This document shows positions 45,301-54,864 of a DNA stretch of 64,000 bases, in pieces. The position numbers and the translations under genes are program-made. The DNA comes from Tubulanus polymorphus (lineage: Eukaryota > Animalia > Nemertea): contig NC_134025.1 in assembly GCF_964204645.1 (NCBI RefSeq), forward strand, positions 14,136,001-14,200,000, in the 5' to 3' direction. Within the stretch, counting starts at the first letter, position 1; every line of letters starts with the position of its first letter. A model generated the notes under the pieces. It was not told the origin of the DNA. It saw nothing but the letters and a program-made list of their open reading frames with translations, and did no database searches.

Positions 45301-48300
45301 TCTCTTGCCATGAGTGACACACTTGACCACAGTACATCCTTACACCTATGCCTGTCAATGAACAAAAATAATCAGATAGGGCTTTCAAAATTATTTGGAA
45401 AAACCAGTTGCAGACAAAAAATGGCAGAAAAAAGCAATCTCAAAAGCAAATGATACAGCGAAAAAAAGCCAGCAATAGTGCATAGGCCTACATGAAATTG
45501 CATATTTTTAATGTTAGAAATATCAAATTAATTGATTTAAATTGATAGTGTTAGTGATTGGCGAGTGACTGTTGATAATTGGTAGGCAGCCAGCTTAAGA
45601 ACACATCATTGCTATTAGGCCATTCAAACTAATTGTCTCTGCAAGTCTCTATGTGAGTTCACCGAAAAAAGTTTTTCACATTGTGTATATAAAATTTGTC
45701 TAATAGTCTAGATAAAAAGATCCAGAGCATCACGATGTGTTCAAAAGGAAACAATCCATCGAATATACACTACCAGCTTTACAACGGCAGTCGCTAGAAT
45801 GATTGGCAGTAGTTTGGAAGGCAGCCAATTTCTTGGAAACTAAAACTAGGCGACGCGTCTGAGGCACGTTTTCACACGATGCACACTGACTGCAGTACAT
45901 TTAAATACATGTATAGCCTAACCACTGATCACATGAGCTACTATCGTTGATATCATACGAGATATTTCATAGCCGTCGCACGATTCGTACTAACAGTCGG
46001 GTGTGAAAGCTTATTTTGAAAGCCCTGACTCATTACTCATGACTCGAGGGCGGACCTACGGCAAGTGATGAGGGCACAAGGGCGAGCATGGGACACATCG
46101 GAAGGGCACAAGGGCGGCTATTTTCGGGGGCGGGGCGGACCGCCCCTCCATTTTTGGCTAGATGAAGCACTGATAGGGTTAGGGTGAGGTTTAGGGTCCG
46201 TTTTGACCCCTAGGGATAGGGTTAGGGTAAGGCAGTCTTCTCGCTGAGGGGTTTAACACGGCAGCCGGCCATGCTAAGGCACTTAACCGCCACGCAAATA
46301 AAAGATATGCCATGCTTAAAAAAAATTCTGCCACGCTTAAACTAGGGGTCCAGGGACACCATGCCCACTTAAAAAGTGGTTCCAAATGCTCAACAATCTA
46401 ACAATTTCAATATGCAACGTCCACTGGTGACCATATACAACAACCAATCACCCTGAAACTAACCACAATCATAGAACATGTCAACAGCTACGATTTTGTA
46501 ATTGATTGTGATAACAAAAAATGCCTCGATACCAATTTAATATGGAAATACTTAGTTATTCTACTATTTAACGCCCCCTGGTGACCATATTCAAAACCCA
46601 ATGACCTCGAAACTCACCACAATCATAGAACATGTCATGAACTACAACTTTGCAATTGATCATGGTAACAACATATGCCTAGGTACCAATATAATAAGGA
46701 AATACTAAGTTATTCTACTATTCAACGCCCTCAGGTGACCATATAGAATAACTAATGTCCTAAAAACTCGCAACAATCATAGATGATGTCATGAGCTACA
46801 ACTTTCCAATCGATTGTGGTTACAAAATATGCATAGGTACGAATATAATAAAGAAATGCTAAGATATTGTATTATTCAACCCCCCCTTGTGGCCATATAC
46901 AAAATCCAATGACCTTGAAACTCACCACAATCATAGAACACGTTATGAGCTACAACTTTCTTATTAATTGTGGTAGCAAAATACGCTTAGGTATCAATAT
47001 AATGTGGAAAAACTTTTTCCCCCTTACGAACGAGTACTGGTGACACCAAGATGGCCGCCAATTGCGTCATAATTGGCTGATGAAAAATACCTGTCTCAGG
47101 TATAAAACATCCCTTTCCAAAGAATACCCATCACAAATTGCAATGAGAAATGGCAAACCAGTAGGAAGCTACAGGACTCAGAATTCGGACCAAAATTACC
47201 ATTTTTGGGCACTAAAAAGGTCATAAGGACGGCCATCTTGAGTCCGATCGACCCAGTTTTTGTTATGCTGATGGGCCCTGGGAAGATTCACATAGGCTAT
47301 ATCAGAAAGATCAAGGTAATTGATCAAAGCGTCTTCAAAATTTCCCTTAAAAAGTTCAAGAATGTGTAAAAAGTGCTGATTTTGGCGAACAACAATGGCT
47401 GCCAGTCGGCCATTTTGATTCTGACAGGGCCAGTGTTTGGGCTGAAGATGTGTCTAGGGTAGATACATGTGTAACCCAAATAGCGAGACGTTACCTTGAA
47501 GCCTCTTCAAAACTTCCCAAAATAACTGGATTCCGCCTTCGGACAGACGGACAGTCGAAAAGTGCACGCAATAGCCCGCTGGGACTAAAGTCCCAAGTGG
47601 GCTAAAAAATGATCGGGAGTTTATTTACTTATCTGGCTTTCTAAAACTGTCAGGTTCACACGCTCAATTCTATAACCGGTGCTCCAATAATTGTATAAAC
47701 ACATTCTCATAGTTACATAGTAAAGCCTCTATACGTCAATAATTGTATAGCGTACTGAACTGCCGGTGGTAGGGCCTATAAATATCCAGGGATTTCCACG
47801 TGCGTTAAAAATAAAAGAAATCAATGCCAATAAAGGTCACAGCACTGCGCTTAGCGCGCGCTGAATACAAGGGCCAGTGGCATCAATTTTTCTAGTCTCC
47901 TATTGACATGAAAAATTTTACCGTCATTACTTATCAAAGTCACCAAAATAGTTTGTAAATCGAAATTAATAAATGCTTCCTCTAAGCTGTTAATGATAAA
48001 ATTAAATTATATTAACAGATATGAGAACATGGAACTAGGCCCTATTTAATGCACGTAAGCCGACAAATATACGGCAGAAGAGTGCCTGGAACAAACTACC
48101 GACGATTGCTGCTACACGTAAATTACCGAATTTAAACTAGTTACTTATGGCCCCTAAATGCTGGGAAAACGCATCTGAGCACCTAGAAATATAAATTATA
48201 AAACCCCCCTTTCTGATATGGGCTCGCGCCTTCGGCGCTCGTGCCGCCATACTTTTAATTTTGAACCAGCGAGAACACTGGTAAGGTAAGGCTTAGTTAG

Positions 48301-51152
48301 TTACCTAATCGTTGGTGGTAAGCTTTTTATAATCGGATGGGCTTATACCAATGCTAGGGATGACAAGGGCCTAAACACGGTTGAAAAAAGTAACACTTCA
48401 AAAATATACTTTCTATTCACTTCAGTCCACAATTAATGGCTTAAATCACAAACTAACACAGGTACCTTTCGAAGTAATCCAATTTTATGTATGTTTCGAG
48501 CGATTAATCAACATTGTTTTGAGAAATAAATTAATTTCTCCACAAATTTTGCCATCGACCGCCATTTCTCTGTGTTGCATACATGTGGCATGATAGACTA
48601 GGTGACCTACAAGGATTTATATAAAACTTTCAAAACGAAACAACAATTTTTATTTTTGATAGTTTTCCAACTTATATTTCAAATCTTCGTGTTTTCCACA
48701 ATAAATGATGAAAAAATAAATTTTGGTTGAAGAAAATGTGATCAAGTGTTGATTTGTCTGAAGTAATTACTGAAATGATGTGAGGGTAATCAGAGCATAA
48801 ACTAATCAAATTTTTGTCAACTGTCACTAAGGTTATTAATGCTAACCTAATTGTCAGATATCATTGTTGAAATTGACAAGAAATTTATATTTTTCTTCCT
48901 CAAATTGAGTGGGTGATGAAACATCGTTTCAGCAAATATTCGAAACAACTTTCCAATCGATTGTGGTTACAAAATATGCATAGGTACGAATATAATAAAG
49001 AAATGCTAAGATATTGTATTATTCAACCCCCCCTTGTGGCCATATACAAAATCCAATGACCTTGAAACTCACCACAATCATAGAACACGTTATGAGCTAC
49101 AACTTTCTTATTAATTGTGGTAGCAAAATACGCTTAGGTATCAATATAATGTGGAAAAACTTTTTCCCCCTTACGAACGAGTACTGGTGACACCAAGATG
49201 GCCGCCAATTGCGTCATAATTGGCTGATGAAAAATACCTGTCTCAGGTATAAAACATCCCTTTCCAAAGAATACCCATCACAAATTGCAATGAGAAATGG
49301 CAAACCAATAGGAAGCTACAGGACTCAGAATTCGGGCCAAAATTACCATTTTTGGGCACTAAAAAGGTCATAAGGACGGCCATCTTGAGTCCGATCGACC
49401 CAGTTTTCCAACTTATATTTCAAATCTTCGTGTTTTCCACAATAAATGATGAAAAAATAAATTTTGGTTGAAGAAAATGTGATCAAGTGTTGATTTCTTA
49501 ATTTTTGAAGTGAAGATTTGTCTGAAGTAATTACTGAAATGATGTGAGGGCAAATCTTCACTTTAGATTGACCCATCCAATATGGCGTCTGGTTCAAAAA
49601 TCGTGACGATCTTGAGACAAAATCCAGGAAGAAAGACACTAAATATTTGGATGGATATATGAAAGCTGGTGGTACTGGAGTGTGTAATGGGTAGTGTAGT
49701 GTGATCTGTGTGCATTTGTGGCCAGCACACAGATCACATTGTTCATTGGGGTTTGGTCCAGGACTCGCAAGATTTTCAACAACACGGAAGTAACGTGTAA
49801 TAAATGACGACTTGAATTGCATGAATACCTTCCACCCCCTCATTATTGTTGGAAAACTAAACATTCCGCACTGACTAAAAATTAGTAATAACATTTCAGA
49901 AATGGCCAGAATTTTAACTTAGGTTCTATCTCATTTTTATTTCACAATTGCGATTGGTATAATTTTTTTTTAAACGGCTGTTAAGGCTTCATGTTTCGTC
50001 TGCAATTCACTGCAAATAACTACGCACATTTCAGTGTTTTTGGCAGCTGTACACTCAATCGGCACCGTTCATGACTAGCTTCACTGCGAAATTATCGTAA
50101 TTAACATCGCCATATCACATCATCAACTTATATTGTGCCTTAAAACCCTAACAGCCGAAATAATTGAAATGCACACACGATTTCTATCATTGAAAATTGA
50201 GAGTGGCCATGTTTGTGTTCTGCTGCTTCGTGTAAATACCGCGCGGTGGCGTAAACGCGCGGAGTGGGGCTGATACGTCCAGGCTAAAAATATACTTTCT
50301 AGTGAAGATACTATAAAATAAACCAGTGTAGGCCTACTGGATTGCTGATGACAATGACATATTGAGTCTGAATCAGTGATATTTAATGTAATTGAATGAT
50401 TGAACCATTTACGAGAGGTGCGGATCTGCACTTTTACTGAGGAGTTAAAAACGGTCCGAGTGCCGGTCATCCTTATTACCGAGATGATGTATTTTACCGA
50501 GATGAACCGAGATGAAATTAAATATAACATATTTATTTATTCCATATCGATTTTAACCATTGAAATCATATTATATCAGTAATAAATGCCTGCTGGGTTC
50601 ATATTTTGTCGGATATTTTTGGAAAAATAACTTTTAACTATACCGAGATGAGATCGTCGATCAATCAAATTCAATGAAATTTTATTGCTAACCGAGTTTA
50701 CGTTTTTTGAGTCAAAATTTTTTTAAATAAAAAAATATGTAAAATATGACTCTAGGAGGTATTTATTACTGATATAACGTGATTTCAAGTGTTAAAATCG
50801 ATAAGGAATAAATAGATATGTTATATTTAATTTCATCTCGGTTGATCTCGGTTCATCTCGGTAAAATACATCATCTCGGTAATAAGGATGACCCCCGAGT
50901 GCTAAACATATGTTGTTCTGTGTGTCAGCACGATGCTGGGCCACCTGGGAGGGCTGGCTTTGGCATAATCATATCAACAATTTGTTAACAAACCAGGACG
51001 ATCAAAAAGATTATGTTATTGATACCTTGAGAATCCTCTTTTCTCGGCCATAAGTAATAGGTAGCCGGTATAAGAATAAGTGCGTAGAATGATAGCAGGA
51101 AATAGTAGAAAGTTCCTCCCTTCTCGTCATATTCAAACTGCATACCGGCCAT
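3218..51152 (-). CDS. SEC63: SEC63 translocon J-domain protein, spliced gene (18 coding exons in window; terminal exon outside window)
   Basis: Manual splicing of 18 GT-AG exons gives one 718-codon frame: MAGMQFEYDEKGGTFYYFLLSF, J-domain with YHPDK, NWEEYGNPDGPG, FGIALPKWIV, GTWWYRSIKYSGDQ, SPLLQLPH, EWWWIYVADRK, VRSDSYLDFD. No stop-containing exon found in 1-3217. Confidence 0.97.
3780..4690 (-). mobile_element. Penelope-like element 3' part: GIY-YIG endonuclease plus pLTR
   Basis: GVYKIPCKVCNKIYIGETVRDLNKRLREHK in ORF 4245-4790; hammerhead core downstream. Confidence 0.85.
3901..3945 (-). ncRNA. Minimal hammerhead ribozyme motif in Penelope pLTR
   Basis: CUGAUGA-U-GGCUA(loop)UAGCC-GAAAC-UUC on minus strand; stems I and III imperfect. 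Confidence 0.6.
4690..5852 (+). mobile_element. pogo/Tigger-type DDE transposase remnant (frameshifted) with right terminus
   Basis: WMDENG, LLIWDHYKSH, VIPP, TSVLQPLDVCLNKPFK, C-terminus EFEGF*, terminus ...aatatacggta. Confidence 0.85.
6550..6945 (+). mobile_element. HINE-like element, partial copy (others at about 3510-3720 and 34059-34250)
   Basis: Same 5' end and 154-bp units. Confidence 0.75.
7430..9440 (-). pseudogene. Degenerate hAT-type transposase (catalytic and C-terminal region)
   Basis: FSLNIDECTS, DSCNVVRG, DIDGDSCHHIHN, IDRWW...YP, SIFHGPQVEASFSIMN spread over broken frames. Confidence 0.8.
10286..10384 (-). CDS. SEC63: SEC63 exon 17 (99 nt)
   Basis: EKYEWWWIYVADRKNHQLITAPVQVCSLKDREE with AG/GT ends. 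Confidence 0.95.
10494..10733 (-). CDS. SEC63: SEC63 exon 16 (240 nt), acidic region
   Basis: KNERICKTKK...DEEEDWSKFQEEMKKETILETKSKESHLVHCPYFPA with AG/GT ends. Confidence 0.92.
11212..12214. mobile_element. piggyBac-like non-autonomous element
   Basis: TTAA on both sides; imperfect TIR caccttcactgcc / gacagcgaacgtg. Confidence 0.5.
12860..15090. repeat. Degenerate short-motif array (TTGTTCGATCGAACAAAA-like) in a non-autonomous element starting TACGGAGCCCC
   Basis: Dozens of TTCGAAC/TTCGATCGAAC motifs, 22-bp tandem units at 12960-13045, larger internal duplications; interrupted by unrelated sequence about 13920-14240. Confidence 0.7.
15151..15342 (-). CDS. SEC63: SEC63 exon 15 (192 nt), lysine-rich linker
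   Basis: NVTDSPVRKSKGWEKNKNKKASKGANKKKKKP...ENTP; gaag acceptor, gtaagt donor, phase 0/0. Confidence 0.87.
16070..16830 (+). repeat. Interspersed repeat, second copy at about 29950-30620
   Basis: Shared colinear sequence starting gaagcattggtagattata...gtggtaaggtattaagtggttaatg through cactgatagtggatgc. Confidence 0.8.
19740..22300 (-). mobile_element. Heavily decayed DIRS-like (tyrosine recombinase) retrotransposon
   Basis: GC-richer block; minus-strand fragments in DIRS order: RT end (VNKPN, IPVVHHHSRPFQRSW), RNase H-like (LIDRHVWLATNSQ, GIHISVVKLAN), SFPPF, HAFRATGT. Confidence 0.45.
22430..23155 (+). mobile_element. HINE-like element, partial/diverged copy
   Basis: actaggggtccagggacaccatgcccac start plus three 154-bp units. 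Confidence 0.75.
23215..23378 (-). CDS. SEC63: SEC63 exon 14 (164 nt)
   Basis: VLDDDDNTITAGSIVTVTVELIRKSLKELF...ENGDEK with AG/GT ends. Confidence 0.92.
23807..24355. mobile_element. PIF/Harbinger-type MITE
   Basis: TIR ggccatccca...tgtttgccgta / tacggcaaaca...tgggatggcc, TAA duplication; empty sites visible at about 11800 and 36845. Confidence 0.85.
24431..26032. mobile_element. TIR element with TAY...RTA ends and 6-bp TSD (IS3EU-like), containing a nested HINE
   Basis: About 70-bp TIR tacggtggctgattcgggc / gcccgaatcagccaccata; gctatt on both sides. Confidence 0.7.
24687..25953 (+). mobile_element. Helentron-associated (HINE/DINE-like) element, full length, internal 154-bp tandem array
   Basis: Subterminal IR gcccacttggga/tcccaagtgggc, about four 154-bp units, (GGAC)n microsatellite, 3' hairpin, A-rich flanks. 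Confidence 0.8.
28037..28184 (-). CDS. SEC63: SEC63 exon 13 (148 nt)
   Basis: RNIRSIKQFVSLNEDERRALLRNLPEDDYRDVLNVCCSMPYLSMGVTTE with AG/GT ends. Confidence 0.94.
28495..28640 (-). CDS. SEC63: SEC63 exon 12 (146 nt)
   Basis: IHVPRLETIENCMKLSQMIIQATWDNKSPLLQLPHINDDFLRHFHTKK with AG/GT ends. Confidence 0.95.
28853..29634. mobile_element. PIF/Harbinger-type MITE
   Basis: About 40-bp TIR aggctggcttatgtcgacaagcaacg..., TTA duplication, internal cttatgtc repeats. Confidence 0.88.
33337..33429 (-). CDS. SEC63: SEC63 exon 11 (93 nt)
   Basis: DQQYMLKKCPYLVNEMVNIVAQLVALAHAGR with AG/GT ends. Confidence 0.94.
33519..33654 (-). CDS. SEC63: SEC63 exon 10 (136 nt)
   Basis: LMRELPHLEEKKKERPLCYPYSVKARALLHAHFSRLELPPKTLEL with AG/GT ends. 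Confidence 0.94.
34326..34420 (-). CDS. SEC63: SEC63 exon 9 (95 nt)
   Basis: RVIMILAGSLEFGKGHNNEIVERPTDNEEIPA with AG/GT ends. Confidence 0.94.
34583..35426 (+). mobile_element. 5'-truncated Penelope-like element: inverted partial pLTR, GIY-YIG endonuclease fragment, 3' pLTR
   Basis: GVYKIPCFGYDKIYFGETGRELKSRILEHK; 34584-34696 is the inverse of 35281-35393; flanks taaagaaaaagt/taaagaaatagt. Confidence 0.88.
35266..35305 (+). ncRNA. Minimal type I hammerhead ribozyme
   Basis: CAC-CUGACGA-U-GAUCU(loop)AGAUC-GAAAC-GUU-GUG: intact core, stem II, 3-bp stem I, palindromic AACGUU stem III. Confidence 0.7.
35527..35635 (-). CDS. SEC63: SEC63 exon 8 (109 nt)
   Basis: GTWWYRSIKYSGDQVLLDTTQLYYYFFHKTPNMVLK with AG/GT ends. 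Confidence 0.95.
35784..35834 (-). CDS. SEC63: SEC63 exon 7 (51 nt)
   Basis: VLAMYGLVFMVILPVVV with AG/GT ends. Confidence 0.94.
37640..38290 (-). mobile_element. Second, degenerate copy of the same Penelope endonuclease region with a local duplication
   Basis: Reverse-complement match to 34760-35170; 37646-37747 repeated at 38186-38286. Confidence 0.82.
40172..40230 (-). CDS. SEC63: SEC63 exon 6 (59 nt)
   Basis: ATHFGIALPKWIVEKQNSLW with AG/GT ends. Confidence 0.95.
40331..40392 (-). CDS. SEC63: SEC63 exon 5 (62 nt)
   Basis: LTDEESRKNWEEYGNPDGPG with AG/GT ends. Confidence 0.95.
40461..40576 (-). CDS. SEC63: SEC63 exon 4 (116 nt), J-domain HPD motif
   Basis: GASTSEIRRAYRKLSLVYHPDKETGDPKKFMRIAKAYA with AG/GT ends. 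Confidence 0.95.
42468..42582 (-). CDS. SEC63: SEC63 exon 3 (115 nt)
   Basis: KIGLVIGWIVLVLLAYKVSQVEMDYVEYDPFIELGIDR with AG/GT ends. Confidence 0.93.
42661..42757 (-). CDS. SEC63: SEC63 exon 2 (97 nt)
   Basis: ttttcag acceptor, EEKEDKKQCHCQNCKNKAQLLTSKKTTLKRKV, gtaagt donor; phases fit. Confidence 0.9.
43497..44762 (+). mobile_element. HINE-like element, full-length copy
   Basis: Same architecture and near identity to 24687-25953. Confidence 0.8.
45116..46172. mobile_element. hAT-like non-autonomous element with 6-bp TSD
   Basis: 16-bp perfect TIR cagtgcttcatctagc, ataggg on both sides, subterminal agggca repeats. Confidence 0.82.
46339..47608 (+). mobile_element. HINE-like element, full-length copy
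   Basis: Same architecture and near identity to 24687-25953. Confidence 0.8.
50464..50894. mobile_element. MITE with long TIRs and 8-bp TSD
   Basis: ggtcatccttattaccgagatgatgtattttaccgagatgaaccgagat inverted at the far end; ccgagtgc on both sides. Confidence 0.88.
51026..51152 (-). CDS. SEC63: SEC63 exon 1 (127 nt)
   Basis: MAGMQFEYDEKGGTFYYFLLSFYALILIPATYYLWPRKEDSQ, then donor GTATCA. Confidence 0.95.
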
Positions 51153-51559
51153 GGTGAAGTTAAGGCGAGACTGACAAGCGCTCAGCGATGACGAGTACAA
51201 CTAAAGACCTACAAAACCCAAACCTGGTGTGACCACTAGTGCCGTCATCCACAGCCGCATTGTAAAGCAATAATTTGATTAAACGAAACGATATGTCAAC
51301 AAGGAAACTGATTTTAAAGCTAATTGGCGCCTTGAAGAAAACACTACACATAAATATTGCCTATATGCCTAATACTATCGGTTATAATAAATATGATGTA
51401 ATTTTCATAATCAATAAAGTTATATGAATTTTAGACTGGTAGTCGGTCTCTACCTTCAGTTAGACTGGTTACCGGTCTCTATCTTCAATTATCAGTTAGA
51501 GACCGGCTGTGCCCATCCTCCATTTTACATTTTCGATGCATGTCAATAAGGTCAAACAT

Positions 51560-51714
51560 CTGACGATGATCTCTAGGGTGAGATCAAAACGTCGTGTCTT
51601 TTATATATTTTTGATTGAATAAATTAATTCTGGTTTTTAAATTCTTTTTAATATGTAAATAGTGGGATTTTATCTTATTATCCGTTCACCACGTTTGAGT
51701 GTGGTTATCGTTCT
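51560..51714 (+). mobile_element. Solo Penelope pLTR fragment with mutated hammerhead core
   Basis: Matches 35269-35427; perfect 14-bp duplication ataaggtcaaacat. Confidence 0.85.
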
Positions 51715-53152
51715 ATAAGGTCAAACATGTAAAGTAGCAAGTTACTTCCTGGTTAAGATGGCGTCTCTTCGAATATGCTTAGCTTCAAGCGATATCAAAA
51801 TTGTCCTTTACAATGGACGGAAAGATATTAATTGCTGTAAGTATATCAGATAAATCCGCTGATAATTTACCTGGTACTCGGAATGCAAACTAACAAGGAT
51901 CGAAATCTAATGCGAGGTGAGCTCTGCCGCGACCGTCACTGAATACAGAACATTCTGAAGGAACAGGGGACATCCTTTCTATATCTACCGTTCGTAAGAT
52001 GTATTTAGTGAATTGATGTTTTAATAGTGTTGTAAAATGACTATATTTTGTATCTGAATAAAGTTTACTATTGTTGAACTTCTTAGGGCTCTGTGAGATC
52101 AGATATTTGGATCCACCTCAGCTTACTGATTTCCTGATACAGACAGCAAGTTGGGACAGTCAAATTAAGAGACTTGGTCAAGACAAGTTACTCAGATCAC
52201 ACTGCAAATTCGCAATATCCTCTCTCCTCATGGACCGAACAATGTCAATGTTGACTTTGCTAGAAATCGATTATAAAATTCATCACGACCAATTCTTTTT
52301 CACTGAATTCAACATTTATTGTTCACTTCTGGTGCAAAATCTTGTTCAGCCCCTGACAAGAGAATAAGCAATGACACTACGTATTTCATGACATAGAATA
52401 GTAGTCTTTTTTTCATCGACATATTGAGACGATCCTGATATCCCTGATTAATCAGGGATATCAGGATGGTCGTGATATCATTCGAATGATAGTGTCTTTA
52501 GAATCATAAAGACCAAGTCTCGACCAGACAGATAATCCAATCACAATTCAAATTGAAGGCTCGCTAGTGCAGTTATTCACATAATCCAGCTCTTTAAAAC
52601 TATCAGTTTATCAGATCGTGAGCAGTGGAGAAATAAAGTACACAACATCTTGGCGCGGCGGCGCTTGCTGATGTAACTGATGATGATGATGAGTTTATCA
52701 GAATCAAGGAGTTTCACCGCCTGTTATTTGGAATCTCATTTCATGACAGCTAGTGCTGATTCCTTATTCTCTTTGATTACTGCATGATGTTATCATTCTG
52801 AAATTAAAATACATATCACACAATTAAACCTGGATTGACTTTACAATTAATGGCTCAGAATCCATTTTTCAAACTTCTTCCCGCCGCCGAATTTACGGAT
52901 CCAATCAGATTTCATTATTTCATCACGTGAACAATGTAACATGGCCGCCTACACATTGTCTCGATTTACGTTCCATGGACCTCTTTAATGTCATTTTTTA
53001 TATCAATGAAGAAAGAAATTCCATTAAAACTGCCAGGTAACGCTTCTGCGGGCACTTGTTTAGCGTGTGGTACCGAAAATATCGGTATTCAATTCAGGAT
53101 GTCTGCGTGACAGCGCTGTCAAAACCTACCGGTCGTCATTCAGCAATTTGGA

Positions 53153-53340
53153 CTTCCTTCCCGCCTTCCTTCCCGCCTTCCTTCCCGCCTTCCTTCCCGC
53201 CTTCCTTCCCGCCTTCCTTCCCGCCTTCCTTCCCGCCTTCCTTCCCGCCTTCCTTCCCGCCTTCCTTCCCGCCTTCCTTCCCGCCTTCCTTCCCGCCTTC
53301 CTTCCCGCCTTCCTTCCCGCCTTCCTTCCCGCCTTCCTTC
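53153..53340. repeat. Perfect 12-bp minisatellite (CTTCCTTCCCGC), about 15.7 copies
   Basis: Read directly. Confidence 0.97.
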
Positions 53341-53346
53341 CAACCG

Positions 53347-53690
53347 GGGTAGATGTTAGATCCTATAACCGACTCGTTGCGCATGCGCATTGACTGCCTG
53401 GACTTGAAAAGTAACTCTTGAAAAGTAACTAAAAATTCAGGAATCGAACACGCAACCACGTAACCATAACGTTTTCACGCGGCGCTAACGATGCTAGCTT
53501 GCCGGGTCACCGGTTTTATAACTACATGTTTACCTAAAGCTACCTTATAAGCTGTAAAGCCTCACCTACCCCTAACCCTAACGCCTCACCTTACTAACCC
53601 TAAACCCTCTTGATACTAACCCTTCAGATTTTATCAATTGAAAAAGCCGCCATTTTGTGTACGACTCGGTTAAAGGATCTAACATTTACC
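53347..53690. mobile_element. MITE with about 30-bp TIRs and internal taaccc motifs
   Basis: gggtagatgttagatcctataaccgactcgt versus acgactcggttaaaggatctaacatttaccc. Confidence 0.7.
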
Positions 53691-54864
53691 CACAAACGGT
53701 CTCTAATTGAAGATAGAGACCGGTAACCAGTCTAAATTTATTTTTCACAAGAGACCGGCGCATGCGCAGACAGCATCTTTTGCTAGACATAAACAATAAC
53801 AATAATAAACCCACGCGGTCTAGCATGGAATGAAAAGACTGAACCTATACTCGAAAGAAAAACACATAACCGTACTTAAAGAAATAAACAATTACTGTAT
53901 CAAAAGTAAAACTTTTTATTAGTTAAATTGTTTAACAATTGTCAACTAGATTCACCGTTGGATTGATCACTGCATGAGTTGAACTGAAAATCGATCGATA
54001 AAATTGTCCATCATTACCTTGGCCTACTAGTGCATAGGTCAGGTCAACCAAAATTATAATTTCTAAAAACGTCTAGTTCTGTGACAGCAATAAGAAATTG
54101 TACTTCAAATTTAGAATTCAGAATTATGTATGGATATCTATGAAAAACTTTTAGCAGTAATAGTTATTCTGCTGTATTCATCGAGGAGTCTACGGAACAA
54201 TTTTTCACTTTGCAGCAGTTAATGTATCCTCAATCAATATGTTTACAAGAAATCTCAAAATAGTTCTTAGATAATTATCTTTATCAGTTTTTCAGTATGT
54301 TTAGTCGTCTTAGAAAATTTGACATTATAAGTTTTCCGGTTTACTCGGCTACCCGTTCTGGCGGGGTAGTCTAGAGAGGCCAATGAAAACTCCGGTTTGC
54401 TGAACTACCCCTCTTTGCGGGGGTGCGGTATGATGTTTGATCTGACAGTTTCAAGTGGTTAATTGGTGTTTCAAGTGCTTACAACGATGCTTATTACTTC
54501 ATGTGGTACATGGTGGTTTAAAAAGACTTCATAATGATACGCTCACCGCGTGGGCTTCGTAGAAAGACCACTGTCTGTGGCCTTCCCAAATTTTAATTGT
54601 CCTGTCCGATTTTGTTTCGTCCGATTGAGAGACTGCCTTTTCCAGTTAGGGCATTTTTGGATCACATAACTCAGGAAATGACTTACGCTTTTGGCCCCTT
54701 CGTCGGTTCCACATGTTTCATTTGCGCTATAGACCACATGCAATGGTAACACCATGATGGTCAGAAACTGACCAATTGAGATATCCCCGAGTCTGAACAC
54801 TTGACTTCAAATTTCGGAAATTTTTCAAGTCATGTTTGTTTTCAAACTACTGAGGAATCGTCAT

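Noticed and set aside
49343-49894. 183-aa minus-strand ORF
   Set aside because: It crosses duplication junctions and HINE sequence and has no recognisable motifs.
53056-53459. Four overlapping repetitive ORFs (PSFP, PAFL, KEGG, REGR)
   Set aside because: They are translations of the stop-free 12-bp minisatellite; no evidence of coding function.
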